Shown here: one piece after another, positions 1-12,830 of the stretch | Numbering within the stretch: position 1 is the first letter of the stretch | Layout of the letters: the number at the start of each line of letters is the position of its first letter | Origin: Marsupella aquatica | Lineage: Eukaryota > Plantae > Marchantiophyta | NCBI GenBank assembly: GCA_973895155.1 | Contig: OZ316897.1 | Coordinates: forward strand, 8,517,832 to 8,581,831 | DNA length: 64,000 bases | Direction of reading: 5' to 3' | Program-made: the position numbers and the translations under genes | The notes under the pieces: generated by a model | The model's input: only the letters and a program-made list of their open reading frames with translations | What the model was told of the DNA's origin: nothing | The model's database searches: none

Positions 1-570
1 TATTGCCCTAATGTAGGGTGTAAATGGGTGTAAACCCATGTCAATCGGTGTAAAAGTTGTAAATGGACAATTTACACACAAAAAGTGTATGGACCAAAGT
101 TTACTCCCCCTGATGGTGTAAATTGGTGTAAACCAGTGTAAATGCTATAAGCAAGTGTAATCTGGTGTAACCAGTGTAAACAAGTATAAACCCAATGTAA
201 AGCATGGGATTATACAATGGTAAGACATACACCAGTGTAAACTGGTGTCATGAGGTATAATCTAGAATGGTATCATTAGGTGTAAACTAGGGGTGTAAAA
301 TGGTGTAAAAACCATTTTGTGATTGAAATGGGTGTAACAACCACTTTGTAAATGGAAAGTAGAGGTATTTGGTATAAAACCATTATTTCCAATGTGCAAA
401 GTCAAGTAAGGGTGGTATGACATGTAAATATGTCAAATGCATGTAAAGCATGTGTTGCACATGTAAGGCATGTTGATGTATGCAAATTCAACAAGTGACA
501 TGTAATTTCCCTAAACCAGTTGATGTGTTTACATGTGTAAACTGTGTAAATTGCTATGTAAATTTGCAAT
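1..570. repeat. Degenerate low-complexity array of (GG/CCAG)TGTAAA-like motifs
   Basis: Many short TGTAAA/GGTGTAAA/CCAGTGTAAA motifs at irregular 10-30 bp spacing; possibly TE subterminal repeats. Confidence 0.6.
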
Positions 571-599
571 GTGCACTTATCATTTTCCATTTCATTTGT

Positions 600-1970
600 T
601 TATCCATAAGTGCAAAACATCCGTTGTCAACAAGATTTTCTTTGTTAATATGTGCATATATGGATAGTTTTTCAAAAATGAGGATTTTGCACTGAAACAC
701 ATGGGATTCTCTTGTCTTTGGATAAGTTCACCCAAGCATTTGTATTTCAGAAACTCTTTACTATACTGTGCATTTAATGAGGGTTGCACTTATCTGGTGT
801 TTGAGTTTTTCTCGAGGATTTTGAGATCGAATGTTGCATGTTTAAGTCACTCATGTGTGTCTCTTGAAATCTCACTTGTCGCTTTGGCTCATTCTTTGAT
901 TGCGATCAGCTTCTCAGGCTCATTCTTGGACAAGCACAACATTCCATATTTAGGATTCAGAAAATGCTATCAGATCTAAACCCCACAACGATGACTCGTT
1001 TCTTTCGCTGGATGCCATCTCCCGTACGTTCATAACCAAAGCCAAGATGTTCTTCCTCCACGACATTTGCTTCTATCTTCTCCAATTGGATACGACTGTA
1101 TCAAATGGCTCTTATTGGAATCTTCATTGAATCAGCAAACGACCAATTCAACATCCATGTTTGGCCTCTTGTAATGCCTATACTTCACTCGATCGTGTGT
1201 AATGGGCATTTCCTTTCATCCTTTATGGCTCGCAGATCGACCAACAAGAAATTGTCAGCGGTTGAGAAACATTGTGAAATTCAGGGAAAGAGAAGGCGCC
1301 TGCGTTCGTCCCTTATGAGGTTAGGGTTTTGAAAAATTTTCTTATGATCCCGATCGGGTCCTGATTTGCTCTCGATCCACCCGGCTTCATTCAAGGCTGT
1401 CTCTGTTTGGCTTCCGGTCTCTGCTCTTCTCTTTCTGCCTCTTGTTAAGGTTGTCAACTCATCGCCTCGAGTGATTTAGGTTGATCTGGCCTGGTTGGGT
1501 AGAAGGAAGCAGTGCGGCTGAACTTGATCTCTCTTGCCTGAGCAGCCATAGCTTTCCACTTGACTCAAATCATTGCCTTGAATATTGCTTTCCCACACGA
1601 TCTTCAGAATCACCCTTCAAACCAAAATTTCTTTTGATCATATCACAGCCTTCATAAGCTTGCTCTCGGCGCGACCACAATGCTACATCCTGTCGTTGCT
1701 TCAACGTGACTCATGTTCTCTTGGTGGTTCAAACTACTAGCCTTCTCACTCCCAATTCAATTCTCCTCCATAACTTGGAAATCCTTAAGAGAACATTCAT
1801 TCATCTTATCATAGCCATAGGGAAATTCCTAAAAAAAATTCATGATCAAGCTCAGCTGGTCTAGAGTCGTGTTGATAACGTGTTGAGGAATGATGCGGGA
1901 AATGATAATGAGATTCCTCTCTATAGAATGAATGGGTGCATCTCTATATATAGTCTCCGTCCGAGTTATC
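600..1970 (-). mobile_element. Degenerate Ty1/copia LTR-retrotransposon 5' end (LTR end, half-tRNA-Ile PBS, decayed internal region)
   Basis: The minus strand reads ...CCTCAACA|CGTTATCAACACGACTCTAGACCAGCTGAGCT. This is an LTR-like CA end (1881) directly followed by sequence complementary to the 5' half of tRNA-Ile (1849-1880). A TATA-like CTATATATAG lies near 1945. The internal region has no intact ORF. Confidence 0.4.
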
Positions 1971-3269
1971 CTATACGGTAACTATGGTTAAGGTAACCAT
2001 GGAGTCTAGTTAGGGTATAACAATTAACAATTTTATGCCCCATTTATACACAGGTTGGCTTAACCAGACTAGACTAACCCCAGATGAGATTGAAGAAAAT
2101 AAGGCAAACCTAGCACTATAGCTTTTGGTCATAGAAAGTAGTCTACACTTGCATTCTGGCGAGTTTCGGAAGGAACCCAGTCCAGGGTGAATGTACAGCT
2201 GATGGGGGTTAGCTTGGGCAACTCACAAGCCTTGAGTGTCTATGATCCATCTCAGGTTACTCTAGTTGCACTTAGTCAACCCATATACAAAATTGGGGGC
2301 AACCTAATCATTGAATTACTTTTGGGGGCAAATAGTGATTGCTTGGATATGTTTCCTAACTAAGCCCAGATATGATTTTATGGAAACATGTATTCTGACA
2401 AGATACCACCAATTTTAGAATAATCTTTTCAACATTCATACAAAAAGGGTAGTGGATGAGGTTCAAAAGTTGTTTGATGGAGATCACATTTGAGCTTATC
2501 ACTATGTACTTTAGATGGTCATGCACCCAATGTCAATAAGAGTGAAATTGAAGCCCTAATGATGGTACAAATTGGGGGTAATTATATGAAAGGTCATACA
2601 TCATGTGCTAAGATTTTGTTATTTACTCTTTGGTCCAGAGTTACAACTATTACCATAGTTAGGGTTAACCTTAGTCACAGACTTGGTTAGGTTAACCATG
2701 TTGCATACTATATCCCAAACGTGTTTGCTTAAATAGGAGGAACTCGGGCTCATTGTTACGGAGCTAGTTGAAAGATGGGGGAAACTTTTATTGGGGAGAC
2801 TCGATATGACCGACGGGCTTAGAGTGCAGTAAAGCTCTCGCGTGTTCCTGTGGACATAGTCTCAGCTGAGGTGAACCACTTATGTCTCTGTGTTAACTAC
2901 TCGTGCATTAGATGATGATTGGCTTGCCGTTGAGAATGTAGGCTTTGCTCAACAGATTTAGGTCATTTATGACCCCCTTAAATCACTTTTTGTATGAGGT
3001 TGTATCAAGAGTTGTATGGCACCAATCACGTGATGACATGTATGCATTTTGCAATTCAATAACCATTGCATTGTTGTTTAGTGAGGGTTGACCTGCACTT
3101 ATACACAGTGCATGTTTTGATGCTTCTTCCAAAGGAACTCCTTCAGCACTTAATATTATGGGGACTACACGACTTGCCTGCATTTAACCATGGAATGCAC
3201 TTGTGCATGGTAGATTGTAAAGGTCTTGATCCCTAACCATTTTGGTTTGTCTCTCCAGTTTTCAATAGT

Positions 3270-4100
3270 GCACATAAAGAGACCATAGTTGTTCATCATA
3301 CCATGAAGAACGCTACTGCTCAGGTCCTCTCTGGGACTTTGGTTCACGGGATGCAAGAGGTGATGCTCAATTTGTTTTGTCATCTGCTGCACATACTACA
3401 CTTTGATCTTATGGCAAGATATGAGATGGCAGGCGTACCTCGATGTTGTGGTAACCAACCCTTTGCACTAAGACATGATCGGGATAGCAGTATCAAAGGC
3501 AGGGGCAACATTACAAGCGGCAACACAAGAAATATGCAGCACAAAGCATCATCAAAGAGCTTCAGCTCCTTGCTATTGAAATATTTGGGAAATCTCATCA
3601 TCACTTCGATGAGCTTCTCTGAAAACTAGCTAGGGACATGAACTCGATGAGCTTCTTTGACAACTAGCTAGAGACATGAACTCAATGAGCTTCTTTGACA
3701 ACTAGCTAGAGACATGAAAGTACAGGCAAGGTTCCATAAGACCATCAATATCTGTCTTGACACCACACTTCTTTCAGCAAACTTTGGTGACATCAGAGAG
3801 TGCTCAATCCCCAACAATCCCTGGATCAGAGATCTGCAGTGCAAACTAATGCACCTGAGTATAATATTGCCCCTTATAGTACATCCATGTCCCACTTGTG
3901 TACCTAGTTACAACGCTAATGTGGCTCATCAGTTCATCACACTCTCTCACTAATAGATCTTTATCTCTTATCTTGGAAAGATCTTTATCTCTTATCTTGT
4001 CTTCTTTCCAGGTTTTGGGGTTTGCATCTGTCCTCTTCTTTTGAGTTTGTCATCTCTATCACTTTTGATGTTACTTCATTGCTGGGCCTTGTACTATATC
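3270..4100 (+). mobile_element. Old degenerate copy of the CRE-type non-LTR retrotransposon (3' part)
   Basis: Collinear nucleotide similarity to 5400-6000 (e.g. GCTACTGCTCAGGTCCTCTCTGG vs GCGACTGCTCAGGTTCTCTCTGG; CTTGCTATTGAAATATTTGGG vs CTTGCTCTTGAGATATTTGGG), with frameshifts, CpG decay and a 38-bp triplication at ~3607-3720. Confidence 0.75.
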
Positions 4101-4853
4101 AAACCAATTTTGGATTTTTAGAATAGGCTAACAATTGGCTTAACTTCAATGTTGTGTTCTGCATCATGGATACGCTATCAGTTGGTCATGGCTATATTTG
4201 GTACGTATTCACGGCCCTCCCTTTTTAGTGGTCCCTGGCCTCCTTGGCCCCTCCTGGACTCTTTAATGAGCAGTACAGTTTACATTTAAAGCAAACAAAC
4301 AGACCAACATCTCCTAGAATTTTCCTTGTATCATTCTCACGGCAAGGTGTTGAGGAATGATTTGGTCAATATTCACTTAAAAAACTGACTGGTTAGGAAA
4401 GACGAAAGTTGGTCTGGAAAGAGAAAGTAACATGCCAAAGATATGGGGGTGAATTTAAGGGAATATATGCACTTTAGAGGAGTCATGACCTCCACATGCC
4501 AGTAGCTCACGCAAGACAAAGATATGTGACGACAAAGATCTGTGACGTATAGAGCACTAAGGTATCAGAGGAGCTTTTGTTGTTTATGGGTCATACTTTG
4601 ATTACAGCCGTACAACTAAAAGGTAGAATCTCCATTTAGGAAAAAATAATATTAAATACATTCTCTTTTGATTGAATATGTAACAGTTCAAGGAAATGGC
4701 AAAAGCTTCTAAAAAACTTTATCAGGGACATATTACAGCTGATGCCAAACCTATCATAGACCACTACAATTAACAAGATGCTTCAATGGATCGTTGAAAC
4801 CCATGGGGAATGTTTTGAAACGTTATTTTCTATTCAGATAACGTCTTTCAAGT

Positions 4854-6231
4854 TTTGGGCTTACTTCCACTGAGCGCCTTTGCACCTTTGGCCTTCTTGG
4901 GCGCGTGGGCGGCCGCCTTCTCATTGTTGGCAGATCGTTTCCTTACTGAGGATCGACCTTTTTTACTTTCATCTCTCATGGAGGTCGAGGAGGGTTCCCT
5001 CCCATTTCAGGTTCATTTGCGCACGGCTCGGTCATCATTACCCGATCCTGTTCGAGCTGCGTTACCTTCATTCCAGGAGTTTTTATCCTTGGACCCCGTC
5101 CGTCTTCAGGCAGACCTTGCTGGGCGTATGCACGCTTTCACCCTCTCCAGCATCCTCACCGAGGCACCTGACACGGACCGAGCTCGGATTCTTTCTTCCG
5201 GAGGGAAGGGCGCAGGAGGCTGGCTTCAGGCCAATCCAGTCATTCCTCACCTGTGGATGTCTTCAGCGGAGTTTGCGACAGCCATGCGTCTTCGTATGGG
5301 CTTGCCCCACCCACTTCTTGCTGGTTTACCTCCTACTTGCACTTGTGGGAAGCCTTGTGATGCCACAGGTGTCCATCTTCTTCGATGCAGTTTGGGCGGC
5401 GAAACCATTTTTGTTCACGACGCTGTGAGAGATGCGACTGCTCAGGTTCTCTCTGGCTCTTTGGTCTGCGCGCGGCGGGAGGTGGTGCTCGAGTTACCTG
5501 GTCCTCCATCACAGCGGTTACGGGTGGATCTTACCATGGTCCGTGACGGTCACCGTACTTTGGCAGATGTAGTGGTGGCAAACCCATTGCGCCAAGACAT
5601 CATTGGGACAGCGGCAACAACGGCAGGGGCAGCAGCATCACGAGCAGCACAAACGAAGGAGGCCAAATATGCTGCACGAGCTTCATCTGATAGCTTCCTG
5701 CCCCTTGCTCTTGAGATATTTGGGCGTCTTCATCATCAGTTCGACGAGCTTCTTCGCCAAGCTGCTCGGGATGTTCACGGCCGGATGGGTCCCACCGGGC
5801 CCCCGCTATCTGTTTTGACCACGCACTTTCGCCAACACATTTCAGTCACCTTACAGCGTGCTCAAGCTCAGGCCGTCTATCGTCGATCTCTGACAGTGGG
5901 TGCTAGTGTGACTCCGCAGCGGCTAGCCCCCCTAGAGGACATTCCTGTCCCACTTGCCGATCTAGTTTCGACACTTGATGTAGACCACTACCTTGTAGCC
6001 ACATTTGCTAGGTATGATGAGGACCTCGGTCCATTTGCGGTAGTTTTAGTTACTCTTTCTTGGTTTTTAGGGGTTTCCTTTTGCTCACTTCTTTTAGTTC
6101 ATCTCTCTTGGTTTTTAGGGTTTCCTTTTGCTCACTTCTTTTGCGTTTGGTTTTGTCCACTTGGGACCTCTCTTGTTTATTCTTTTGTACTCTATTTGGC
6201 CTTTTTCTGTATAAAGTATGTGTATATTATC
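4854..6231 (+). mobile_element. 5'-truncated CRE-type non-LTR retrotransposon (C-terminal zinc knuckle + PD-(D/E)xK restriction-like endonuclease)
   Basis: The ORF carries GGWLQANP...FATAMRLRMGL, CTCG..DATGVHLLRC, HDAVRD, RVDL...LADVVVANP, KEAKY, FLPLALEIFG and ISVTLQRAQA. This is the motif order of RLE-type (CRE-like) elements. There is no RT core (truncated) and the 3' tail is T-rich. A perfect 10-bp direct repeat TCTTTCAAGT flanks it at 4844-4853 and 6232-6241 (TSD). Confidence 0.85.
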
Positions 6232-8427
6232 TCTTTCAAGTGCTCACATCTTTGGGTGTCAAAAAGTGTTTGGTCCATCAGAATGCTTAGGTCATTTGGT
6301 GGTCCATTTGAGCATCAACTTTGAAGCTATACGAAACTCAAATGGAGTAGCAGCACTAAGCAGAATAGTAACATTGATTGAACCATTATCCTTTATCCAG
6401 TAGACACTGCGCACTCAATCCCATATCCTAAATCAGCAGCATCCAGCCAGGGAGACCTGTAACCCACAAGCCTTAAGTCTAAAACCAGCATTGTTGATTT
6501 GGCTCAGTTTATGCAAATGATTTCCATGAAGCACTTAGTTACAACCCACGCGTCCACATTATAGCTGGCCCGTTCTAAGACACATCTATTTTATCTTTCA
6601 CAATAAACTCTAGTCTATGTAACTAGTTTATGAAACACAAGCTAGCATATACTATTCAAGAATATTGAAACAATAATTATTAAAAAGTAAAGGGGAAAAA
6701 AATGTCATGAACGTAAAGAGATGTATGGTACTTTCTTGGTGAAACACAAGTACATTAAGTTGACTGTACAAGTCAGTGTACCTTGTATGTATAGTATTTT
6801 GATTGAAAAGTAAGGTAAACTAATTTTGTAACTTTCTAAAATTTGGGGGCTCTCTATTTAGGTAGGGGCTCTCTGCTTAGGTGACACCTATTGAGCTATA
6901 AACCATAAGCATTGGAATTGTTTTAAACAATAGACATACAAACCACGGGGCATCATTGGATTGTGTCCTAGCTGCCCGGTTGAGTTTGGAGAGTTGTCCC
7001 TTACGAAGGAATTCTCATGAAAAGGAGGAGTGTCTATAGCATAAATAAATAATAAGACTAGAGGAATAAGATAAGGTATCATAATAATAAAAATTACAGA
7101 AGTTTAAGAATGTCTATTAAAACTAAGGACTTAAAAAATTAAAGGGGTTTGGAAGAAATTAATAAATTCAAAAAAATACAAAGTAAAAGCATAGAATAGA
7201 CCAAATTGACATAAACATATGTAACAAACATCACACATTAAATTAGGTAAGCTTTTTTCATAAGGGATCACACATCACAAAAATTGTGAGATGAGGCAAA
7301 AATTCAATCTAATGATGCTCAAGACCATAGCATCCAGACTTGGGGCACTTGTGAGTTTTTCCAATCAAAGCAAACTAAAGGGCACTTACGGTTCCATGTT
7401 TTTAGGCTATAGATTCTTTGTTCAATAAATGCAAGTGCTTGAATGAAGGAGTTTGGAAAGGTTTTGGACCACCTTTGGGAGATCATCTAAAATTCTAGAC
7501 AAACTATGCTCTCTCCGCGTCAGCATTTACTTGGTTCCACTGCTTGCCATTTAAGATACTTGCAAACCACACCTGAATGGGCCCCCTACTGTAGATCTTG
7601 TAAAGCAAACTGCAGTCACTTTCACTCATTAAAGGGTCTCGATTAAATCCTCAAAGGAATAAAAACAAGGCCATGGGCCCTACGTTCTCTAAGCTACATC
7701 ATGGACAACCTTGTTGGTTTTCTTGTCCCATGTGCTGAAGTGGCTCCACGTATGCCAAATGTGTAGGCTCAGAATTGGCCTAATCCGACACCAGGGTGCT
7801 TGTTTTGTGGCATGAAACAAGGAGACTTTTCTTTGCCTTTATTAGAATCTAAAGAGACGTTTTGATAGGGGAGAAGCGTAGAAATAGAAAGATCACGCCG
7901 AGAGAGCTTTATTACTTTAAGGATTCTCACCCCCCTCACCTCCCCCCTCATGCCCCTCACCCCTAACCTAGCTAAGAAGTTCCCAACCCTTCTTTCGAAG
8001 TTGGGCTGCCACATAGTGGCCCATCTTCGAGACACATGGCAAGTGACGTCAAGTATCCTTTTTCTTCCAAAAAGGATTTTTGACGGTTCTTCCCAACCCT
8101 TTCTTTGGACTCTTTTGTGTATTTGTCCATGGAAACATTACTAACAAGAAAGGGTTAATCTAACCCAAAGAGGCAATTTTGAGTTAAAATAATCCACCAA
8201 AAGACTTGACGGGGCCTCCTTACGGAAAGGCACCTGACAAGGCCCTTCTTTTGAAAGGGTAGGGTCTTCCTGGGGCCCTTGTCCTTCAGCCCCACCCCCC
8301 TTCGATTATAGTCCATACAGGCGCAGTCAAGCAACACAATGCACCCTTGTAGCGCAGCTTAGATGATGCACTCACCTGGCAGGCAACCCAGTGAAGGCGC
8401 TCCATTTTCTGTGTTTCAAACCCGTTC

Positions 8428-8428
8428 A

Positions 8429-8472
<44 letters not shown>
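8428..8472. repeat. (CA)n microsatellite
   Basis: About 20 CA units. Confidence 0.95.
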
Positions 8473-8476
<4 letters not shown>

Positions 8477-9049
8477 CAAAAAGCACCAGTAAAACGTTAG
8501 TTGAAGTGGAGGTTTCCTGCTCCCGCCTAAACCCTTTTCCCTACCATGACCCTGACCCACACCGCCCTAACAAAGATGGACACTAAATAAAGACCAACCT
8601 GCACAAAAAGTAAGCCCAATGTGGAGCCTGAGGCTTGCCCATGCCTGTATGGACAAAGACTTGACAGGGGGGATAGGGCTGAAGGGATGAGGAGCCCCAG
8701 GAAATTTGTTTTGAAAGAAAGGGACTCGTAAAGTGACTGGTCCCATCAAGTAGTTTGTTGTTAAATTAACTTGCGGATTTAAATCAACAACAATCCCCTC
8801 AGCTCTTATAAATTGCTTACTATCTAATCAGGTTTTCCCTAACATTATTACCCTGAATTTGTTTATAACTAGAGGAAACCCTGCCCCAGTGGTCTAATTT
8901 GCCCCTTGTTCAGTAGTTGAATCTGGAGGTTTAGTTTAACCTACTGTGGTTCACAGTGACTCTAGTTTTGTGATGTTGATGGACCTTGGGAGTTTTCATT
9001 TTGACATTATTGTAAAACACCAAAAACAACTCTAAGGCATAGAACAAGT

Positions 9050-9600
9050 TAAACTTTGTATATTGAACCATTGGGTATCACAAGATATACAAATGTTGAA
9101 ATGAAAACTCCCCTAGTCCCTCACTTGCCCACCCTGGCTGTCCTCCACCTTTTGGGTGGGTTTCTTGCCATCGCCCATTGCAACCTGCTCCAATCCTAGA
9201 CACCCACAGTTTGTGATGGCAGTAAACACAGCTTTCTCTAATTGAGTCAAGGTGACCATGATGACCCAAGCCTTCCCTCTATTAGAAAGCCTTGTCTCAA
9301 ACACAAGGGCCTACTAAGATGGACTATTCTTCAAATAAATTCTCCATTCCCCTCCTAGACGACTGTTCACAGATTCAATCACAAGACAATAGGGGTTTCC
9401 ATGCAAAGGTACTCTTGGGTCTCGTATCCTTTTTGCATGCTTTCATTCACCCATCAAGTTTCCAAGAGCGCAAAGCTTGGGCCCATGGAATTTTTGTTGA
9501 TTTGGTCAGCTCAGTAGCAGCTATAATCCAAGGAGAACTTGGGCAATTAGATATGAGCATGTCTCCAAGAACACAGGTTGCCCTCCATTTGTATATTGTT
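9050..9600 (-). mobile_element. Highly degenerate L1-like LINE endonuclease remnant
   Basis: Broken peptides such as ALLET and GKAWVIMVTL loosely resemble the APE motifs LQET and PWxxxGDFN; many stops. Confidence 0.25.
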
Positions 9601-10369
9601 TGGAGTAAGTCAAATATATACTACCTGAGATGGCGTTTGATTGGTTCACGAGCACCTGGAGGCTTGTAATTTGCCCATGCTAACCCCCTCCAGCAGTACC
9701 TTTGCCCTGGACCCGGTTCCCCCATCCAAGAGTCACTGTAATGCAGGTGTCGACTGCCTATGAGCAAAACTATTGCATTTTGGTCCCCCTCGTTTCATTC
9801 GCGTTCACGATTGGAGGGTTAGCTTGGCCAATGACTTGCCATCAGGTCAGTCCAGTCTGGTTAAGCCAACCCACATACAAAATGGAGGAAACCTGATATT
9901 AAATTAGTTTTGGGGGCAGGTTAGTGATTTGACTAGCTGGGGGGGCAGAAATCAGTTATATGGGAGAGTCCACTAAATCTAATGCATTTAATAAAGAAAT
10001 CTAACTGAATTTAAAGGTAACAGTGCTGCAATTTTTAAAAGAAGAAGATAAGACTGCTCCCATGTGATGTTACTCAATAAACCTTGAGTTCTTTGACCCT
10101 TGAAAAAATTAAAGATAAGACTGTTCGATGGCGTCTTTGCCTACTATACAATTTCAATCCTAGCTTACGTGGACTATGCACTATTTTGCATGACATCTTG
10201 GCATTGATGAGCTTCTCTTTTCGCTTTGATCAATGAGTACTTTAGGTGTGAGAGATGGGCAGCTTTGGACAACCTCAAGGTAACTTTGCTGTTGTTTCCC
10301 ATGCATTGGGTGCAAGGTGGCCCTACTAGTAGTGCTAGTAAATATGGCAATGCTCAGTAGAACCAAATC

Positions 10370-10600
10370 TTTATATATATTTATATAACAGATTTCCAGA
10401 GAACAATATGACTGTGCCAAACCAAAACGACAGTATTCCAAAGTCAGGAGACCCAGTAAAGGGCAAAAACAAGAGAAAAAACACAGGACGACCAAAGAGC
10501 CAAGTAGCCCAGGAGTCCCCAACAAGAGATCCCCCCGACCCAACAACTGCAAACTAACACCCTACGCCGCAAACTGATGAGCCTGGTAGAGCTAAGGGAA
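10370..10600 (-). mobile_element. Possible short 3' end of a second non-LTR retroelement
   Basis: T-rich 3'-UTR-like tract on the minus strand ending in CTGTTATATAAATATATATA, similar in style to the 3' end of the element at 4854-6231; no TSD found. Confidence 0.25.
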
Positions 10601-12830
10601 TCACTTTGCACCTTTAAGGAACAGGAAGTTAGCTTACGAGAACTTCACATCAAGAGTTCTCCGAGGCTTTACGAGGCCTTTCAGTTTGCTGCTCAATAGG
10701 GCTTTAGTTTCTTTCCTGTTGTAGGGGACTCTCCAACTCTGACTCTTTGGTTGCCCTAGGATTTTTTCCTGGTGTTCTCCTCTTTATTGAGTCACAGATT
10801 GAGTCTACTGCTTTTAGGATCTTGTCTCACTTTTGTCTTTTGGCAATGTGTGTATATTTCATGCACAGGGTAGACAAATAATAGATTTTGTCCATCTTTT
10901 GGTTGGCCTACTCAATGATTGAAGGAAGGGAGTATTTCCGTGGGTGGCATTGGCGGGGTTTAGATTCTTGTTCTTGTTCATGCAGTTGAGAACATGGGGC
11001 TGCTTTTGGAAATAGGCTTCACGTTTGAGAAGTACATGCCTGAGTAGTTTTCCAGGCATCTCAACCAATTGTAAACTGCTGCTTTTTGGAGATCTTTTTG
11101 TTTTTTTGTTTTTTGGCCATCTTGTGTATGTAGTTTTTGGCAGACTTGTTCATAATTTATTTGACAACTTTTGGATCCCTAGCTGTTTAGCTCATTTTTT
11201 CCCAAAGTGTTCTCTGATGTCCATTACCTGAAAAAGCTTGAGATTTTTTGAAGACCATTTGGTTTAAGTAGTTTGGGCATAATAGTTTGGGCAAAGACTT
11301 ACTACTAGGTAAACTAATTGAAACCAGCTGCAAACGATCAGGTTTACAGTCACATTCATTAAACTGTGAAAGTGCTATTGGAGCATTTTGCACCATTTTG
11401 TGCCAGTCCATCACATCATTTGAAATCCATCCATCATTTGATATCCATCCAGACTCCCACCAAACCCCTTAGTCCATCTAGGCTTTACTTTCAAAATTTG
11501 GTGACCATGAAGTATTTTGGATTGAGTTTTAAAAAGCCATGGCCCAATCTTCAGAATAATGAAAAAGGAGTCCCCATGGCAACCGATGTTATAAGTATAA
11601 TCATATTATCAGTTATTAGTCAAGTCCACCGATCAAATGATGCCAGTTGTCACATCGGGTTAAAGAGAGAACCAAGATTTGTGATCAAAAAAATTGAGAA
11701 TTTGAAAATTGGAGGAAAACACTTTATATTTCATGATGTTTTACTATATGTTGCTTTCATATAGTCAGACGCCAATCTTGGCGAGCTCAGCCAAGATTGT
11801 CTATCGTCCATAATGTACAGATGCGGGCAATACAGCAAAAAAGAGATAAAATTTGAAATTTGTTTTTAGAAAAGTCTTGAATTTTTTTCTCGCATGGTCA
11901 TCTTGGCAAGTTTGAGCCCATCTCACATGCCAACCAGTGATCCACCAGAGTTTGACAGTGTGAATACTAATTGATGAAATTGTCCACCTCCAATATTATC
12001 CAAGATATGTTTATGATGTTGCCATGTTTTGGAGATTACTCAGATTGCTTTTTCTCATTGATATTTTTGGTGTGTATTTCGTTTCAATTTGCCTTAACGA
12101 AGGTGCATCTTTTGCAGTATTGGATTTTGAAACTGTTCTTCCCCCACTCATATTGTTTTAACTTTTCTTCTTTCAGATCCTTTTAGAGCTCTATATTGAT
12201 TTTTCAATTTTGATCATTCTTAATTATAGCATATTATTATTTTGTCTACATTGAAATGATATTAAATTAACATTGCATACATGAAAGATACCTCAAGCTA
12301 CCTCTTCTCATGAGTGTGAGAAATGACTTAAAGATTATATCATCCTCTCCACTTCCCCATAATTTTGTTTCCAGTTATGGTTTTGACTCACTTACGTGTC
12401 TCTCACTAAAGTCATCATGTGAGAAGTACGTAGAAAGCTCACCACTTTTTTGAAAAAGATTCACAATTTTTAAGCTAAATAGTTATTTATTAGAAAAATG
12501 ACATGCGGAGAGGGCTTTAAAAGTGGGAACAACACTTTGTAAGCCCCTGAGTGAACAGAATGACATGTGGAGAAGGCTTTAAAAGTGGGGCCAAGTCTTT
12601 GTATACCCATGAGAGGCACAAGTACCAAGTCACCCAAAACTAATTTATCCTTTCTTTTAGGTGATTCATTAAAAAATCATCCCAACTCAAAAAAGGAACA
12701 ATTAATTATTTTTCTTAACATCATAGTCCTTCTGGGTGGGAAACACTACAAGTCAAGTTGTACTTTACTTTCCTTTTGGGGATCCTCACACCTTCAGTTA
12801 TCTCAAAGAAGATTGTTTTGCTGATTTATT

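Noticed and set aside
1849-1880. tRNA-Ile gene
   Set aside because: Only the 5' half is present, with no T-arm or acceptor stem; better explained as a retroelement PBS
4855-6324. 489-aa host membrane-protein gene
   Set aside because: It starts at TTG at the truncation point, has retroelement endonuclease motifs and is TSD-flanked; the hydrophobic tail is translated T-rich UTR
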